Numbered from the stretch's first letter, positions 8,105 to 17,552 are shown. The stretch is DNA of 64,000 nucleotides from an uncultured Gammaproteobacteria bacterium (GCA_964519725.1 CAZFKS010000002.1:49325-113324), one strand, 5' to 3'. Notes: generated from the sequence alone by a model not told the origin. Made by a program: numbers and translations.

Positions 8105-8536
8105 ATGTTTATTGGAGAATATAGCCACAGCTTAGATGACAAAGGCCGTTTAGCTGTACCGAAAAAATTTCGGACTGTTTTGGCCAAAGGCGCGGTCATA
8201 ACCCGTGGCCTTGATAACTGTTTGTTTTTGTACACCAAAAACGAATGGGCTAAGCTGGCGGAAAAATTAGCCAACCTGCCTTTTGCCCAGGCCAACACTC
8301 GCGCCTTTGCACGTCTCATGCTGGCGGGAGCCATGGATGTTGACCTGGACAAACAGGGGCGCATCAGTGTACCAGAGTATTTACGGACTTTTAGTGAAAT
8401 GAAGAAAGACGTAATCGTGGCCGGTTTATATAATCGCCTCGAAATCTGGGACGCCGATAAATGGGCGGCCTACACCAAACGCACGGAAGCAGAAAGCAAT
8501 CAAATTGCTGAGCAAATGAGTGAGCTAGGTGTTTAA
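8105..8536 (+). CDS. mraZ: Transcriptional regulator MraZ.
   Basis: MFIGEYSHSLDDKGRLAVPKKFR matches the MraZ N-terminus. Two SpoVT/AbrB-like repeats (second: DKQGRISVP). The track ORF starts upstream, but the promoter -10 lies inside that extension, so the start was moved to 8105. Confidence 0.85.
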   Translation: MFIGEYSHSLDDKGRLAVPKKFRTVLAKGAVITRGLDNCLFLYTKNEWAKLAEKLANLPFAQANTRAFARLMLAGAMDVDLDKQGRISVPEYLRTFSEMKKDVIVAGLYNRLEIWDADKWAAYTKRTEAESNQIAEQMSELGV

Positions 8537-8548
8537 ACCAAAACAAAT

Positions 8549-9457
8549 ATGAGACATGTCCCAGTTTTACTGTCAGAAGTTCTGACAGTTTTGCAGCCAA
8601 AACCAAACGACAAATTCATTGACGGTACGGTTGGTGATGCTGGTCACAGTGAAAAAATTCTACAAGCCACTAGTCCTAATGGTTTGCTGTTAGCAATTGA
8701 CGCTGACCCAGAATCACTCCTGCGCGCCAAACAGAATTTGTATGATTTTGGCGAACGCGTTTCGTATGAGCGCGCGAATTTTTCTGAACTGGAGCGAATT
8801 GTTAGTGATCAAAAATTCGGTCTGGTGCAGGGAATTTTGTTAGACCTGGGTTGGTCTAGTCCGCAGTTTGCTGATCGAGGTCGAGGCTTTAGTTTCTTAC
8901 AAGATGAGCCCCTCGACATGCGTTACAGTGCCAAAGGTGAAGAACCAACTGCGGCTGAGCTATTAAATTCGTTTGATAAAAATGAATTAACCAAAGTTTT
9001 CAAAGATTATGGTGAAGAAAATTTAAGTGCAGAAATTGCTGCGGCCATAGTTGACTATCGAACCAATAAAGCAATTGAAAAAACTGGCGAGCTTGTAGAA
9101 ATTATTCTACAAACGTACCGAACAAAATTAAAAACCAATAAAGAAGTGCCCTGGGTGGGCGGTTTGCATCCAGCCACCAAAGTGTTTCAAGCCCTGCGCA
9201 TTGCGGTTAATCATGAGTTAGAAGTAGTGGAAACCGTGATTCCAGCGGCCATGCGAGTGCTGGCACCAGGTGGACGGCTCGCGATTATCACGTTCCATTC
9301 GCTCGAAGATCGCATTGTAAAACACGCGTTCAAAGAGTTAGAAGCCAAACAAATCGGAACCGTTATTACCAAAAAACCAATTGAGTGCAGCGAGGCAGAA
9401 GCAGAAAATAATTCACGCGCTCGCTCGGCCAAGTTACGAGTTATTCAAAAAAATTAA
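8549..9457 (+). CDS. rsmH: 16S rRNA (cytosine1402-N4)-methyltransferase RsmH (MraW).
   Basis: MRHVPVLLSEVL, FIDGTVGDAGHS, LLDLGWSSPQ. Canonical position after mraZ. Confidence 0.9.
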   Translation: MRHVPVLLSEVLTVLQPKPNDKFIDGTVGDAGHSEKILQATSPNGLLLAIDADPESLLRAKQNLYDFGERVSYERANFSELERIVSDQKFGLVQGILLDLGWSSPQFADRGRGFSFLQDEPLDMRYSAKGEEPTAAELLNSFDKNELTKVFKDYGEENLSAEIAAAIVDYRTNKAIEKTGELVEIILQTYRTKLKTNKEVPWVGGLHPATKVFQALRIAVNHELEVVETVIPAAMRVLAPGGRLAIITFHSLEDRIVKHAFKELEAKQIGTVITKKPIECSEAEAENNSRARSAKLRVIQKN

Positions 9458-9466
9458 TTTACTTAA

Positions 9467-9832
9467 TTGCTAATACACAGACCTGTCACTATGTATTATC
9501 ACTCTGAACGCCAAGTGTCACACACCTTTTGGCTTCAACTAGAAAAGCGCACGCAAAACTATGTGTTTCGGGCGGCCTTTTTAACCCTAACTATTGCGGG
9601 TGCATTTTTTTACGTGTTCCAAATTAACAGTGTGACCACGAGTGGTTATACAATTGGACAATTGCAAAAACAAATTAATGCCTTGGAAACAGAAAATCGC
9701 CAAATTGCGGTGCGCGTTGCCGAAATCCAATCAATTGCTAAACTTTCCAGTGAATTGCAAAATCGCGGGTATGTACCAATCGACCGAGTTGAATACGCTA
9801 GTATTGGTGCGTCCATGGTGGCGAAACGGTAA
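9467..9832 (+). CDS. ftsL: FtsL-like cell-division protein (single TM plus coiled coil).
   Basis: Position after rsmH. One TM helix (AAFLTLTIAGAFFYVF) followed by coiled-coil QKQINALETENRQIAVRVAEIQ. Confidence 0.5.
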   Translation: MLIHRPVTMYYHSERQVSHTFWLQLEKRTQNYVFRAAFLTLTIAGAFFYVFQINSVTTSGYTIGQLQKQINALETENRQIAVRVAEIQSIAKLSSELQNRGYVPIDRVEYASIGASMVAKR

Positions 9833-9849
9833 ATATAAACTTATATTGT

Positions 9850-9877
9850 AAACTCTCCACACGGAGAGTTTTTTATT
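9850..9877 (+). terminator. Rho-independent terminator.
   Basis: aAACTCTCCacacGGAGAGTTttttt. Confidence 0.75.
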
Positions 9878-9908
9878 TCCGCACAGAAAATGGTATACTT
9901 TTGCCAGT

Positions 9909-10265
9909 ATGTTTTTCTTAGTTTTTCCACGCCTGGCAGCTGAATTTTTTTTAGATCTGATTTATTTTCCACTTTGGTGGTATACAGGCGGGATTTTGTA
10001 TATTTTAAAAACTTGTGGCGACCTGATTAAAGCGGGCAACCAAATGCTTGGTCCGGGTTTGTGGCTGCGTAATTTATTTGTCCCAATGTTTGGTCAGCGT
10101 GATTTTCAGGGTCGCGCGGTCAGTGTGCTGATTCGGTTTGGCAATTTTGTGTTTCGCAGTATTGGTTTAATTATGTGGCTGATGATTGTCTTTGTATTAT
10201 TACTGCTGTGGGTAATGGTACCACTACTCGTGGGCTACATGTTTATCCTTTCACTTGGCGCGTAG
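9909..10265 (+). CDS. Hypothetical small membrane protein.
   Basis: Two hydrophobic segments. Immediately upstream of, and overlapping, the ClpC-like gene. Confidence 0.35.
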   Translation: MFFLVFPRLAAEFFLDLIYFPLWWYTGGILYILKTCGDLIKAGNQMLGPGLWLRNLFVPMFGQRDFQGRAVSVLIRFGNFVFRSIGLIMWLMIVFVLLLLWVMVPLLVGYMFILSLGA

Positions 10266-13011
10266 TATGGATTTTAGTCAAAATGATCAATTTACAATTT
10301 TGGCCTGCCAGCGCTGCGAAGCCAGTGGTCAAGGCACGTACGGAAAGTGCGCCGTGTGCCAGGGTGCAGGCCGAATTACGTTTTGGAATAATGAACTGTT
10401 ATTTTGGAATTGGCCAGTATCGCGCTTTCAACTAAGTTTGCGGCGCGGACGAAATATTTTGAATGCGTTCCGGATGATTGGGGCACTATTATTTGCCTTT
10501 GGTTTGATTGGTTTATTTTTATTTAATATTGTTCAGTTAAATATTGTTGATGATTTATTTACTTTGGAATTTTGGGTCAAAGCCCACGTGTTTGGTAAAA
10601 GTTTATTTTGGCTAGGAATTGTGGCGCTTGGGTATGTGTGGTACCGCGTTATTGTCATGAGCAAGCCCCCGGTTTTACTGCCTCATTACGAACGCATTGA
10701 ATATGATCCAGCCAGTACCCCAGCCCTAGATTGGGACCGACTTCGGAAAGAACATAAAATTAAACGCCGCGATTTAGGGGCCATGTTTACGGGCCAAAGT
10801 AAATTAATTATTGATACTGCGTTTCGCCTTGCCCTCGCCGAAAAAGCACCAGCCGTGACTTTGAAACATTTATTACTCGCCATGTTAGACAAACCAATGG
10901 TCAGTAACATGTTAATTCGGTTAAATGTTTCGCCCCAAACCATTAAAGCTAAAATTAGTAAATTTCCCAGTGAAACTGGAAGTACAGCAGAACCAGTGAT
11001 GTCGCCAGAAGTTGAGCAAATTATCTTTAATGCCTACGCGATTGCGGCTAAAACCCAGGACTCACACGTACGCGAAAGTGAGCTACTTTTGGCAATAGTA
11101 CGTGGTTGGCCAGAACTGCAGGAACTTTTGTATGATGTAAATATTGATAGTACTAAATTGGATAATGTGGTGGCTTGGGTGCGGATCCGGGAAAAACTAC
11201 GCGAAAATTATTTGTCACTCCGCAAAGCATCATCGCACCGTGATAAACACGGCATGGATCGGGCCATGACCGCGGTTTCTACGCCATTTTTAAACCAATT
11301 TAGTGAAGACATTACCCTTAAAGCGCAATTTGGACACCTTGAACCATGTGTGGCGCGTGAAACTGAACTGGAAGAAATTTTTCGGATTATTGAAGGTGGT
11401 CAGCAAAGTGTACTCTTGGTTGGTCCAGTTGGGGTCGGGAAAATGAGTATTATCGAGGGAATTGCGCAGCGCATGATTGAAGATGATGTACCTGATCGAT
11501 TAAAAGATAAGCGGCTGGTGCAAATTTCTACGTCCGCACTACTGGCTGGTACGACTGTATCGGGAGCGCAAGAACGGCTCATTCACATCATGAATGAACT
11601 GTCTAAAGCACGTAATATTATTTTAGTCATTAATAATGTGACTGATTTAATTACGGGTGGCAAAGAAGATAGTGGTATGAATGTGGCGGAAACATTGGCC
11701 GAATATTTGAGTGGTGGAAATTTTTTAACCATTGCCACCACTAATCCCGATGCGTATCACCGGCACATTGCGAACACTGAACTGAGTTCTGTTTTTGCCA
11801 AAGTAGAAGTGCCAATCATGGAAGATAATCAGGTCATTCAGGTGTTAGAATCAAAAGTTGGGTATGTGGAATATAAACACCAAGTGTTTTTTTCCTATGA
11901 TGCGCTCTCAGCTTGTGTGACGTATGCACTCAGATTTTTACATGATCAGTATGTGCCAGAAAGTGCACTCGCGCTCATGTCGGAAAGTGCTAGTTTAGCG
12001 CACGCTAAACATGCGAAAAACCCACTGGTCACTGGTGAAGATGTGGCCCAGGTAATTGGACAGAAAACTGGTATTCCATCAACTACCATTAGTGAAGATG
12101 AATCAAGTAAACTCTTGCGTTTGGAAGAAGCCATGCACGAACGTGTGGTTGGGCAAAGCGAAGCCGTAACCATGGTGGCGTCAGCCCTCCGCCGCGCCCG
12201 CGCGGAAATTCGCTCGAAAAATCGGCCAATTGCCAACTTTTTGTTCCTTGGCCCAACTGGGGTTGGTAAAACTGAACTCGCCAAAACCATTGCGGATGTG
12301 TATTTTGGCAATGAAGACCGGATGATTCGCGTAGACATGAGTGAGTATCAAGATAAAACTAGTATGTACCGGCTTATTGGTCAACCAGGTGAGCAGGGTA
12401 GTGGTTTACTGACTGAAGCCGTGCGTGAAAAACCATTTTCATTGGTCCTTTTAGATGAGCTGGAAAAAGCTGATCCAAATATTTTAAATTTATTTTTATC
12501 AGTGTTTGATGATGGTCGATTAACTGACAGTGTTGGACGCGTGATTGATTTTACCAACACTATTATTATTGCGACTTCAAATGCTGGAACTGGTTATATT
12601 CAAGAAGCCGTGCAAGCGGGTAAGGCGACTGGAGAAATTCGTGAGCAATTGCTTCGCAAAGAATTAAAACAATTTTATCGCCCAGAATTTTTGAACCGGT
12701 TTGACGGGGTAATTGTATTTACACCGCTTACGCGTGAAGAAATTAAACAGGTGGCCAAGTTTATGCTTAAACGTGTGGCCAAGGATTTGGAAAAACGCGG
12801 GGTGGCCTTGCGGATTGAAGACGCAGCTCTCGAAGCTTTGGCAGAAGTTGGTTTTGACCCAGAGTTTGGCGCCCGGCCAATGCGTCGTGCCATTCAAGAA
12901 CGGGTTGAAGATAAACTAGCTGAATTAGTTTTGAATAATAAATTAACCCGCCGGTCAGTGGTGGTCCTGGGTGAGGGTGCGAATATTACCGTGGAAAACC
13001 CTACCCGCTAG
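10255..13011 (+). CDS. ClpA/ClpB/ClpC-family AAA+ protein with N-terminal zinc ribbon, two TM helices, Clp-N repeats, a degenerate D1 and an intact D2.
   Basis: CQRCEASGQ...CAVCQGAG zinc ribbon, then TM helices. Clp_N repeats (LIIDTAFRLALAEK / VEQIIFNAYAIAAK). D1 Walker A GPVGVGKMS and Walker B position ILVINNVTDL (no DE). D2 GPTGVGKTELAK, LVLLDELEKAD, sensor ATSNAG, GARPMRRAIQ. Confidence 0.75.
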   Translation: MARSMDFSQNDQFTILACQRCEASGQGTYGKCAVCQGAGRITFWNNELLFWNWPVSRFQLSLRRGRNILNAFRMIGALLFAFGLIGLFLFNIVQLNIVDDLFTLEFWVKAHVFGKSLFWLGIVALGYVWYRVIVMSKPPVLLPHYERIEYDPASTPALDWDRLRKEHKIKRRDLGAMFTGQSKLIIDTAFRLALAEKAPAVTLKHLLLAMLDKPMVSNMLIRLNVSPQTIKAKISKFPSETGSTAEPVMSPEVEQIIFNAYAIAAKTQDSHVRESELLLAIVRGWPELQELLYDVNIDSTKLDNVVAWVRIREKLRENYLSLRKASSHRDKHGMDRAMTAVSTPFLNQFSEDITLKAQFGHLEPCVARETELEEIFRIIEGGQQSVLLVGPVGVGKMSIIEGIAQRMIEDDVPDRLKDKRLVQISTSALLAGTTVSGAQERLIHIMNELSKARNIILVINNVTDLITGGKEDSGMNVAETLAEYLSGGNFLTIATTNPDAYHRHIANTELSSVFAKVEVPIMEDNQVIQVLESKVGYVEYKHQVFFSYDALSACVTYALRFLHDQYVPESALALMSESASLAHAKHAKNPLVTGEDVAQVIGQKTGIPSTTISEDESSKLLRLEEAMHERVVGQSEAVTMVASALRRARAEIRSKNRPIANFLFLGPTGVGKTELAKTIADVYFGNEDRMIRVDMSEYQDKTSMYRLIGQPGEQGSGLLTEAVREKPFSLVLLDELEKADPNILNLFLSVFDDGRLTDSVGRVIDFTNTIIIATSNAGTGYIQEAVQAGKATGEIREQLLRKELKQFYRPEFLNRFDGVIVFTPLTREEIKQVAKFMLKRVAKDLEKRGVALRIEDAALEALAEVGFDPEFGARPMRRAIQERVEDKLAELVLNNKLTRRSVVVLGEGANITVENPTR

Positions 13012-13050
13012 GCTTGTTTCTGTTTCAAGACCACAGTATACTGTGCGCGT

Positions 13051-14088
13051 ATGCCTAATTTATCAGCGCTTTGGTTTGCGGGAATTGTTAGCTGCCTGGT
13101 CACACCCCTGGTGGCAGTGGTCATGCGGCGGTTCCGAATTTTAGATTATCCGCGCCAAGAGCGAAAAATTCACACTGAGCCAATTCCCCTTGGTGGTGGG
13201 CTCGCGATTTTTATTACCTTTTTTGGCCTTTTGTTTTTGGCCGTCACGTTTGGTTTTTTTGAATTTAGGGCTATTAGTAGCAGTGAACTTTTGGTAATTT
13301 TTGTGGGCGCCACTGTGCTCATGATTGGTGGAATTTGGGATGATGCCAAAACTTTGCGTCCGCGGTACCAAATTATTTTTCCCATTGTGGCCAGCCTCCT
13401 GGCAGTTGCAGCTGGGATTGCGCCAGAAGTTGTAACCAATCCGTTTGGTGGGACGATTAATTTAAATGATCTGATTCCATCTCTCACCGCTGGACTGCAA
13501 GGCGCCAATATTATTTTATTTGTCTGGCTCATGGGTATGATGTTTACCACCAAATTTTTGGATGGCTTAGATGGGCTCGTGGCTGGTATGGTGTGCATTG
13601 GTTCAATTGTCATTTATTTACTTACTAAGCAGCCAGCTTGGTTTCAACCTGAAGTTGGTTTTTTGGCCTTATTATTGGCTGGCTCATGTTTAGGATTTTT
13701 AATTTGGAATTTTCACCCCGCCAAAATATTTTTGGGTGAGGGTGGTAGTTTACTGACTGGCTATTTGCTTGCGACCATAGCGGTAATTTCTGGTAGTAAA
13801 ATTATTACCACGCTCCTAGTAATGGGTGTGCCAGCGCTCGATGTGGCGCGAGTGATTGGCGCGCGCCTACTCAAAAAACAATCAGTGTTTGTGGGAGATA
13901 GTAATCACTTACATTTTCAATTAATTAAATCTGGCCTGACTCAGCGCCAGGCTGTAGCGGTATTTTACAGTATTGGTTTAGTGTTTGGATTGTCAACTTT
14001 ATTTTTAACTAATTTTTTCAAATTAGTGGCGTTTAGTATTGTGGCCGTACTACTCCTAATTTTAACACGAGTGTTAAAACGCGCTTAA
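13051..14088 (+). CDS. Glycosyltransferase family 4 polyprenyl-phosphate sugar-1-phosphate transferase (WecA/TagO/MraY superfamily).
   Basis: DDAKTLRPRYQ, FLDGLDGLVAG, FLGEGGSLLTG motifs. ~10 TM helices. A canonical MraY occurs separately at 61689..62813. Confidence 0.6.
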   Translation: MPNLSALWFAGIVSCLVTPLVAVVMRRFRILDYPRQERKIHTEPIPLGGGLAIFITFFGLLFLAVTFGFFEFRAISSSELLVIFVGATVLMIGGIWDDAKTLRPRYQIIFPIVASLLAVAAGIAPEVVTNPFGGTINLNDLIPSLTAGLQGANIILFVWLMGMMFTTKFLDGLDGLVAGMVCIGSIVIYLLTKQPAWFQPEVGFLALLLAGSCLGFLIWNFHPAKIFLGEGGSLLTGYLLATIAVISGSKIITTLLVMGVPALDVARVIGARLLKKQSVFVGDSNHLHFQLIKSGLTQRQAVAVFYSIGLVFGLSTLFLTNFFKLVAFSIVAVLLLILTRVLKRA

Positions 14089-14089
14089 T

Positions 14090-14557
14090 ATGGAAGAAAA
14101 AAAATCACACTACTCATTTAAAGTCATGTTAATTGTGTTTGTAGTGGCCGTTGGCGCCGTGCAGCTCTACCGATTTTATTGGCCTAAAGCCACCGTAGTT
14201 TTGGCTGGTAAAACTTTAGAAGTAGAAGTGGCTGATAATGTCTACCGTCATACCAAGGGTCTCGGTGGACGTGATTCAATGGGAAAATACGATGGCATGC
14301 TCTTTATTTTTTCTAGTTCAGCCCAGTATGCGTTTATCATGCGTGACACGCGTTTTCCGATTGATATTATTTGGTTTGAACAGGGGAAAGTGGTGGATAT
14401 AGCGCCGAATGTTCAGCCTGAGCCTGGTGTGCCCGAGGCGGATTTGAAGCGCTATGCCCCGCGGAAGCCGGCCAATGCTGTCCTGGAGCTTAATGCGGGC
14501 TGGGCTGAGAAACACAGTTTGAAAATTGGTGACACTTTGTCAGTTTTAGATGAATAA
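14090..14557 (+). CDS. DUF192-like secreted/membrane-anchored protein.
   Basis: N-terminal TM, about 150 aa, and a MLFIF...IDIIWF pattern reminiscent of DUF192 (COG1430). Weak. Confidence 0.35.
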   Translation: MEEKKSHYSFKVMLIVFVVAVGAVQLYRFYWPKATVVLAGKTLEVEVADNVYRHTKGLGGRDSMGKYDGMLFIFSSSAQYAFIMRDTRFPIDIIWFEQGKVVDIAPNVQPEPGVPEADLKRYAPRKPANAVLELNAGWAEKHSLKIGDTLSVLDE

Positions 14558-14696
14558 ATATTGACAATTAGTTAAAAATAAAGTAAGATGAACAACTCTT
14601 AGCATTTTTGTGTTTGGCAAAAAGATTATAAAAATTATAATTTTTATGCCCAACGCAATTCCCGGACTTTCCCGGCCTGCGTTCTAGGAGGCATCC

Positions 14697-15092
14697 ATGA
14701 CCATCAAGACCCTGTTCCTTCTCGCCACCCTCTCCTTCCACGGATGCGCCCACGCATTGTCGTATGAGGATCAGGGGGAAGCCTGCACCAAGGTGCGGGA
14801 TGACTCCCGGATTCAACGGGGTTTTATCCAGGACTTTTTGCAGAAGTGCGAGGAGTTCTGCGGTGAGCTCAATCACCAGGTGAAGGAGTATTATAGCTAC
14901 GAAGCGCGAGCCGAACGAATCTGTCCAGACCACATTCAAACCCTGAACTACCTCGATGACCTATCGAGGAAAGTTCTCGAGAAGAACCAGGAGTGTGGCT
15001 GTGTCCCGCCAGAGGGACTGAGTCTCGAGTCCAGGCTCGAGAACGTGGCCCCGCCCGGGGCGTCGTACAAGCGCCTTCGGCGTAAGAACTGA
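14697..15092 (+). CDS. GC-rich secreted Cys-rich hypothetical protein, 131 aa.
   Basis: Perfect SD AGGAGG 5 nt upstream. Signal peptide MTIKTLFLLATLSFHGCAHA. Six Cys. GC3-biased codons (ACC ATC AAG ACC CTG TTC) unlike the surrounding genes. Confidence 0.5.
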   Translation: MTIKTLFLLATLSFHGCAHALSYEDQGEACTKVRDDSRIQRGFIQDFLQKCEEFCGELNHQVKEYYSYEARAERICPDHIQTLNYLDDLSRKVLEKNQECGCVPPEGLSLESRLENVAPPGASYKRLRRKN

Positions 15093-15195
15093 CCCGAAAG
15101 GGGTGGGCAGTGGGGGAGACGCCGACCCCTCGAATAGCCTGCTAAGTCTCTAAAAATGGGGGTTTAGCAGGAGGGTTCGAGGGGTTTTGGCTGTC

Positions 15196-15224
15196 TTGAC
15201 AGAAAAAGCCTAGTTTGATATAAT
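15196..15224 (+). promoter_or_regulatory. Consensus sigma70-type promoter for rplU.
   Basis: TTGACA (15196-15201), 17-nt spacer, TATAAT (15219-15224). Confidence 0.6.
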
Positions 15225-15268
15225 CCTCCTACTTAGCAAATTTATCCTATTTTCGTTAATTTAGTTTT

Positions 15269-15583
15269 ATGTTCGCAGTTATTGAAACTGGCGGCAAGCA
15301 ATATCTCGTAAAGAGTGGCGAAGCCCTAAAAATTGAAAAATTACCGGTTGCCGTTGGTGGCACTGTGACCTTTGATAAGGTTCTCATGCTGGCTGACGAA
15401 GATGGTTTGAACGTTGAAGTTGGTAAACCTTACCTCACTGGCGTAACTGTTTCAGCCGATGTGACTGAACAAGGCCGCAATAAGAAAATTTTGGTGGTTA
15501 AATATAAGCGTAAAGTTCGCTATAAGCGGACCCGTGGTCACCGCCAACAGTTTACCAAAGTTAAAGTTTCAGCCGTTAAATAA
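15269..15583 (+). CDS. rplU: 50S ribosomal protein L21.
   Basis: MFAVIETGGKQYLV...GKPYL...VKYKRKVRYKRTRGHRQQFTKVKV is a canonical L21 sequence. Confidence 0.9.
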   Translation: MFAVIETGGKQYLVKSGEALKIEKLPVAVGGTVTFDKVLMLADEDGLNVEVGKPYLTGVTVSADVTEQGRNKKILVVKYKRKVRYKRTRGHRQQFTKVKVSAVK

Positions 15584-15588
15584 GCCAA

Positions 15589-15616
15589 AAACTTCCCCAA
15601 GCGGGAAGTTTTTATT
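15589..15616 (+). terminator. Rho-independent terminator after rplU.
   Basis: aAACTTCCCcaagcGGGAAGTTtttatt. No rpmA follows. Confidence 0.65.
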
Positions 15617-15658
15617 TACCTTGAAATATTCGGCTGGTTCAGGTGTAATATAAGTGTT

Positions 15659-16207
15659 ATGCCGGAAACCAAACAGAGTGATGAAGCCATTATTGAGGCA
15701 GTCAGAAACAATCAGCCCGAGCTATACGGCGAAATCATTCGGCGGTACCAGGAAAAACTCACCCGGTATATCCGCCGTTTTAGTGCAAATGAAGCTAACC
15801 AGGAGGATATTTTGCAAGAGGTGTTTATAAAGGCCTACCGGAATTTGCAGGATTTTGACACGAGCCGATCATTTTCGTCCTGGATTTATCGGATCACGCA
15901 CAATGAAGCGATTAATCATTTGAAAAAAACGCAGCGCGAGTCCCTGGTAATTGATGAGTGGGAATGGGAAGTGGCGGACGAGCGCCTGGAACTGGGTGTG
16001 CACTTAGATAAGGCGCAGGCGGCCAAAGACATGCAGCGGGCCCTGCTTAAATTAAAAGAAAAATATCGCGAACCCTTAATTTTATATTTTTTTGAAGATA
16101 AATCATACGAAGAAATCAGTGATATTTTGCGCTTGCCCCGAAACACAGTTGGAACTTTGATTGCGCGCGGTAAAGCCCAATTGAAAACGATTTTAGAAAG
16201 TATATGA
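15659..16207 (+). CDS. ECF-type RNA polymerase sigma-70 family factor.
   Basis: Region 2 (DILQEVFIKAYRNLQDF...SWIYRITHNEAINHLKK) and region 4 HTH (SYEEISDILRLPRNTVGTLIARGKAQL). Confidence 0.8.
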   Translation: MPETKQSDEAIIEAVRNNQPELYGEIIRRYQEKLTRYIRRFSANEANQEDILQEVFIKAYRNLQDFDTSRSFSSWIYRITHNEAINHLKKTQRESLVIDEWEWEVADERLELGVHLDKAQAAKDMQRALLKLKEKYREPLILYFFEDKSYEEISDILRLPRNTVGTLIARGKAQLKTILESI

Positions 16208-16920
16208 GTGAAGATAATCACAATTTAGAGTCCAAGGTCATGTCAGACATTACAACCGGTCGGGTAAAAATGCGGTCCCGGTATTTGTTTGCTGCGGAAA
16301 AATTTGGCTTGGGCAGTGCCGTGATTTTAACCATTTTGTTAGCTGTACTGACATGTACGGTAGTCTTATTTTACTTTGTGTCGGCTGACTCATTGACCTA
16401 TTTGCAATTTGGTAATCCGGGTCTGCTAGCGTTTTTGGAATCATTTCCATTCCCACTCGTGATTACGTTAATTTTATTAATTTTTATTGCTGGCCGATTA
16501 CTTGCGCTCACTGGTCGGGTGTATAAATATTCGTATGGAATTGTGGCGCTGGCCTTACTCTTATTAGTGTTTGGAACTGGTTTTGGGCTTGCGGCCACTG
16601 ATGTAGCCGAAAAAATTTCCACGCGACCAATTTTGGCGCCATTTGTTCACCCAAAATTAGGTGAACATAGTCGGGGTGTGGCGGGCCGGGTAATTTTAAT
16701 TAGTGAAAATGTAGTGGTGGTGCAAACACCGCGCTCAGAAATTTCCGTGGATACTTTTAGAGCGGCCTGGCAGCCAGAAGATGAACGTCCAGAACCAGGA
16801 ATGTTTGTGGTGGCAATTGGTAAGTGGCACGGTGATTCATTTGTGGCCAACCACATTAAAATTGTCCCACCCGAAGAATTGCGGTTACTCCGCCTGCGCG
16901 TACCGCCCCGATTGAAATAA
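16204..16920 (+). CDS. Putative anti-sigma factor-like membrane protein (hypothetical).
   Basis: Overlaps the sigma gene stop by 4 nt (ATGA). Short cytoplasmic N-terminus then several TM helices. No recognisable catalytic motif. Confidence 0.35.
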   Translation: MSEDNHNLESKVMSDITTGRVKMRSRYLFAAEKFGLGSAVILTILLAVLTCTVVLFYFVSADSLTYLQFGNPGLLAFLESFPFPLVITLILLIFIAGRLLALTGRVYKYSYGIVALALLLLVFGTGFGLAATDVAEKISTRPILAPFVHPKLGEHSRGVAGRVILISENVVVVQTPRSEISVDTFRAAWQPEDERPEPGMFVVAIGKWHGDSFVANHIKIVPPEELRLLRLRVPPRLK

Positions 16921-16973
16921 AGTTTTGAGTGGGCTGTAGTATATATAGCAGCTGCGTAATTAACTCAATTTAT

Positions 16974-17528
16974 ATGAAAATGAATAAAAAATATTTGCTC
17001 GCTATCCCAGCGTTAGCCCTTGCCGGCGCCGTTGTCGCCGGCTCTGTGTCAGCGGCCAATACCACTGACACTACTACTCCAACCGCTCAAGCACAGCAAC
17101 GCGGCCCTGGCGGTCCAGGTGGATTTGGTGGAAAATTCATGATGCACGGTGATTTTGGTGGTGACATTGGTGATTCAGACCGCTTTGTCGAACGTCTCAC
17201 TAGTGAAGCTTCAATCCTTGGTATTTCACTAGATGAAATGAAAACTTACTGGTCACAAGGTAAAAACATCAGGGATATTGCCACGGAAAAAGGGATTACT
17301 GATGAACAATTAAAAACTAAATTAGAAACAGCGGCTGAAGCTAGGGCAACTGCTAGTTTAAAAGCTTTGGTTGATAAAGGTGTGATCACCCAAGCCCAAG
17401 CTGATGCTCGGGCCACAGCCATGAAAAACATGAAAACAAAAATGGCTGAACAAATGAAAAATCGTCCCCAACTGAAACGCGGTACAGCGCCAACCGCACC
17501 AACTCAAACTCAGCCAACCCAATCATAA
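16974..17528 (+). CDS. Secreted hypothetical protein with Gly-rich segment and helical repeats.
   Basis: Signal peptide MKMNKKYLLAIPALALAGAVVAGSVSAA, then PGGPGGFGG, then helical repeats. Start chosen at an internal Met of the 16929 ORF; uncertain. Confidence 0.4.
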   Translation: MKMNKKYLLAIPALALAGAVVAGSVSAANTTDTTTPTAQAQQRGPGGPGGFGGKFMMHGDFGGDIGDSDRFVERLTSEASILGISLDEMKTYWSQGKNIRDIATEKGITDEQLKTKLETAAEARATASLKALVDKGVITQAQADARATAMKNMKTKMAEQMKNRPQLKRGTAPTAPTQTQPTQS

Positions 17529-17552
17529 TCACTTTTCAAAAGTAAGGAACAA

